From NCBI GenBank assembly GCA_964106915.2, contig OZ066914.1: a stretch of 64,000 nt of DNA. One strand, written 5' to 3'. The notes beneath the pieces are model-generated. The model saw only the letters and a list, made by a program, of their open reading frames with translations, was not told the DNA's origin and did not search any database. A program made the translations under genes and the position numbers. This document shows positions 60,601 through 64,000 of the stretch, piece after piece; the first letter of the stretch is position 1, and the number at the start of each line of letters is the position of its first letter. Source of the DNA: Podarcis gaigeae (lineage: Eukaryota).

Positions 60601-62766
60601 AAAAAGTCACAATACCACTTCCCCTGTCAACCCATTCAGTCTATCCTGTTTGGTCATGTAAACAGGCCTATAGGTGCTTCTGAGTGGTATCTGTAGTTAC
60701 TGAGGCAACTCTCTCTTTTGTATGAGTTTTGCTTCAATGGGGCCCACATCAGGCATCATTCTTCCTTATTCACATTCTGCATTTTTGGCAAGCCCTGAGC
60801 TCTCATTGGCTCCAGCCTCCCAGTTGCTTTATAAAAAGGACCATGAAAAGGATGCTAGTTGGCTGTTCAGCAACTTCTGTTTTGAGCTCCTTGGTTATGC
60901 TTCCAGTTGACTTCCTTATTCTGTTCTTTTTGCCCAGCTCTGCTTGGACTCCCCTTGAACCCTGCTTAATTTGCTTGCCTGTTACTAGCTTTGTTTGCCT
61001 TCAGATCTCTACTGGTTTGCCCAAGTCACAATATGACTGCTGTCTGTCGCCCCAGTTATGATGTCTGGATCAAGCTTAGAAGAGAGTGCAGATTGTAGAA
61101 TGCCCATGCCTGTCACCAGTGCATAGAGACAGGTTCAGAGGTAGGATATGCAACATTTATGTATAAGGTCCCCAGTCCAAGCTCTGCTATCTCTACTCAA
61201 GAATGATTTTAGAGAGCAGGTTGGGAACAGGCCTTGCTCTGAAGACCTTGAAGGGCCGTCCAGAGTAAAGTCCTGTACTAGATGTTCTGACAGTGTATGA
61301 CAGCTTCACATAGTCCCTGATCCATTCCTTTTTTTCATTCCCAGGCAACTCATTACAGTATATCTGTTTGTTCAGCACCCATCAGCAAATTAACTAATTT
61401 GTCAATTCCCAGGGGGAAGAGTGTTATCCATAATTCTTGTTCTTTCCCAGAAGAAGCTGGTACTGTAAACTGAGCATTCGTCTTTCTGGAGGGGGCATGC
61501 TAGACTGGGTGGAATTAAATTTATACTTTAGCTGAAGGGAACAGGATAGGGTTGAAAGCAAAGGGCACCCAAATCCCTGCAGTGTATGTAGTTAGCAGCT
61601 GGCTTATCACAGTATCATATGTGAGCTTCATTGTTAGCCCCTGTGCAGTTCAATGTAACATACAGTACCTGTTGTTTCATGAAGCACATCCATTGCCAGC
61701 AAGTAACACATTTGTACTTAATACTGGAGCTTACCACACTCAAGAGAGCTGGAAGGGATCAGTAGTTTAGTCCTCTTCTTTTTTTGACGCAGATGGTCAG
61801 ACACCCATACCTGTTGCTCGCACATTTTAATCTATGCAATTCAGACAACTGGATTGCACCCTGCCAACCCTACCAGAGAACCATTTGCATTATACTGAGC
61901 CAGACCACTGGTCTATTTAGCCCAGTGTTGTACATTCTGGCAATAGCTCTCTAGGGTTTCAGACAGGATATTTCCCCCAGCCGTACCTGGAGGCATCACT
62001 GGTGGAACCTGGGACCTTCTGCATGCAAGGAAGATGCTCTACCATAGAGCTACAGTCCTTCCCTACCCTGCGCCTGCTTAGGAGTGCTTTCATCTCCACT
62101 TTTTCCATGGGTTCCATTGCACTAAAAATATATGTTGCTGATCCCTGCTACTTATGTAAAGCTACATGCTTTACATAGGAGCTTGGGTGCCTTCCCCGTG
62201 GGGTTTCTCAGTGGAGCCACTGGTCCCACCCACCATCAAGCCAAGCTATGTTGCAGAAAAATCGTGATGAAAACAAGTTGATAAGAACTGTAATAAAAAG
62301 CAGTCCTAGACAATGGGCTTCAAATGGATTTTTGTGGCTGGTGGTGAAGGCAGTGAAATATAAAGGTGGCTTTGCCAGCTGTAATTGAGCTTTGCAGAAA
62401 TACCAGGTAGAAGGCCACTCTGAGAATGGCATATAGGGAAGGACACCAGATCTTTATTACTCCCAAAGATGCTGGGATTTTAGAGCTCATCTGAATACCT
62501 AAGCTTGAATCAATAGGAGAGGGACGATATATCCCATCCTCCTGTTGCTTAAACTGTACGAGTAGTTGAGGAAGTCCTTGGAGAGCATCCTCCACCCCTA
62601 TCCACAAATCTCTCATCTTAAGCAAGAATTTCAGTCACCTAGAAGTGTGCTTGTCCTTACCCCACCTTGGCTGATTGTATTTTTAATGGGGCCCCCAGCC
62701 AAGCAGAATATCAGACCTGAAGCTGTGAATGTGTAGGGATTTTTTGTTCTCTCTGAGGGGATAGTA

Positions 62767-63123
62767 AGGTAAAGGTAAAGGGACCCCTGACCATTAGGTC
62801 CAGTTGTGACCAACTCTGGGGTTGCGGTGCTCATCTCGCTTTATTGGCTGAGGGAGCCGGTGTACAGCTTCCGGGTCATGTGGCCAGCATGACTAAGCCG
62901 CTTCTGGCGAACCAGAGCAACGCACGGAAACGCCGTTTACCTTCCCGCTGGAGTGGTACCTATTTATCTACTTGCACTTTGATGTGCTTTCGAACTGCTA
63001 GGTTGGCAGGAGCAGGGACCAAGCAACGAGAGCTCACCCCGTTGCGGGGATTCGAACCGCCGACCTTCTAATTGGCAAGTCCTAGGCTCTGTGGTTTAAC
63101 CCACAGTGCCACCCGCATCCCAT
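62767..63123 (-). mobile_element. Sauria SINE, full length
   Basis: Near-identical to 4104-4460. 13-bp TSD TGAGGGGATAGTA / TGAGGGGAAAGTA (62754-62766, 63124-63136). Confidence 0.95.
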
Positions 63124-64000
63124 TGAGGGGAAAGTAGAGATTATTTAATAAATTGCGGGTAAGGAACCAGTTCTCTCTATCTGACCTTCAAGATTTTCTC
63201 CAAGTCACACCCCATCCCAAGCTCTCCCCATCATTGCTCTGCCCACTTTTGCATCTGGACCTGCCAATCACTGGCATGTTGTCCCCAGAAGATTACCCAG
63301 AAGTGAATGGGGCCCCTCACATAAATGGAGTGTCGTCTGGCTGGAGAAGATTGGCAAGTCGCCAAACATTCGCAGCTTTGGAAACACATTGAAACTACCA
63401 GACTGTGAACCAAGTGCCAAAAAGCAACTGAGTTATAAAACTTTAAAGTCAAAGTAGCCGTCACAGATGGAGTGGATATCAAAAAGTAATTTGAAATTAA
63501 AATGGTAAATGGGAATGACACTGTGCAAAATTTTACAAATTCTGAGGCTGCCATTTTGATTGACTCAGTCCAATTTGCTTATGCTGTCTAGTGAGGCTGA
63601 AGGTATTAATATCTGTGGTGTAGATTGCTTAGGCTGAATTCAAGCTGAACCATGCTGAAAGCATGATATTTGGAAACTTTCAAATCATGCATGGTTTTTA
63701 ACTTCTGCAGTAGTTTGAATAGGGCTGTGCTAGAATGTGATGTCATTCTGTGATCACCCAAGCTGTGGATGATTAAACTTAACTTTACACTTCTCCCCTG
63801 GTACATGATTTCATATCCAGTGCTTTAATGTAGAAATATGCACTAGGAGTTTTAATGAGTCTGGGGGTAAAGGCTGCAGTTTGGGAATGAGAGTAAAAAA
63901 GTCCATGTGGCGGCACACGGTAGTTACAAAACAAATACATGGCATGTTAATGACACAAATTTAACTTAATCCATGATGGGTGTTGGTGCAAATTCAGATT

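Larger units (their letters stand above)
34619..64000 (+). other. KALRN: KALRN intron 1 (continues beyond the window)
   Basis: Starts at the GT donor at 34619. Neither exon 1C (MTDRFWDQWYLWYL...) nor exon 2 (SFRNDGLKASDVLPIL...) was found downstream. Confidence 0.8.

Noticed and set aside
62208-62432. 'WDQW' in a minus-strand ORF resembling KALRN exon 1C (MTDRFWDQWYL)
   Set aside because: Wrong strand and no flanking similarity; chance match.

Overview
Eukaryotic genomic DNA from a squamate, very probably a lacertid lizard (Podarcis/Lacerta-type Sauria SINEs plus Bov-B, CR1, L2 and hAT/Tc1-mariner MITEs). The only protein-coding feature I can support is the first coding exon of KALRN (Kalirin RhoGEF), the 'exon 1B' orthologue. 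It encodes MNPAEGAAEEGAVPDSEVDAFFRT-G at 34546-34618 (+), sits in a CpG island (~33600-35450) and ends at a GTAAAG donor. Downstream is ~29 kb of KALRN intron 1; upstream is ~34 kb of TE-rich intergenic DNA. The ORF-track entries are otherwise chance ORFs or TE fragments. I did not find a clearly novel multi-gene system. Best leads: (1) upstream ORFs in frame with the KALRN start codon, each ending in Cys-Cys-UGA; (2) a ~945 bp DIRS/Ngaro-like insertion carrying a promoter and an antisense first-exon-like cassette; (3) a young hAT MITE with CCCTAA-containing 22-bp repeats; (4) several long hairpins, two of them in the intron. TE family names come from recognition by eye, not database searches, and boundaries of old copies are approximate.
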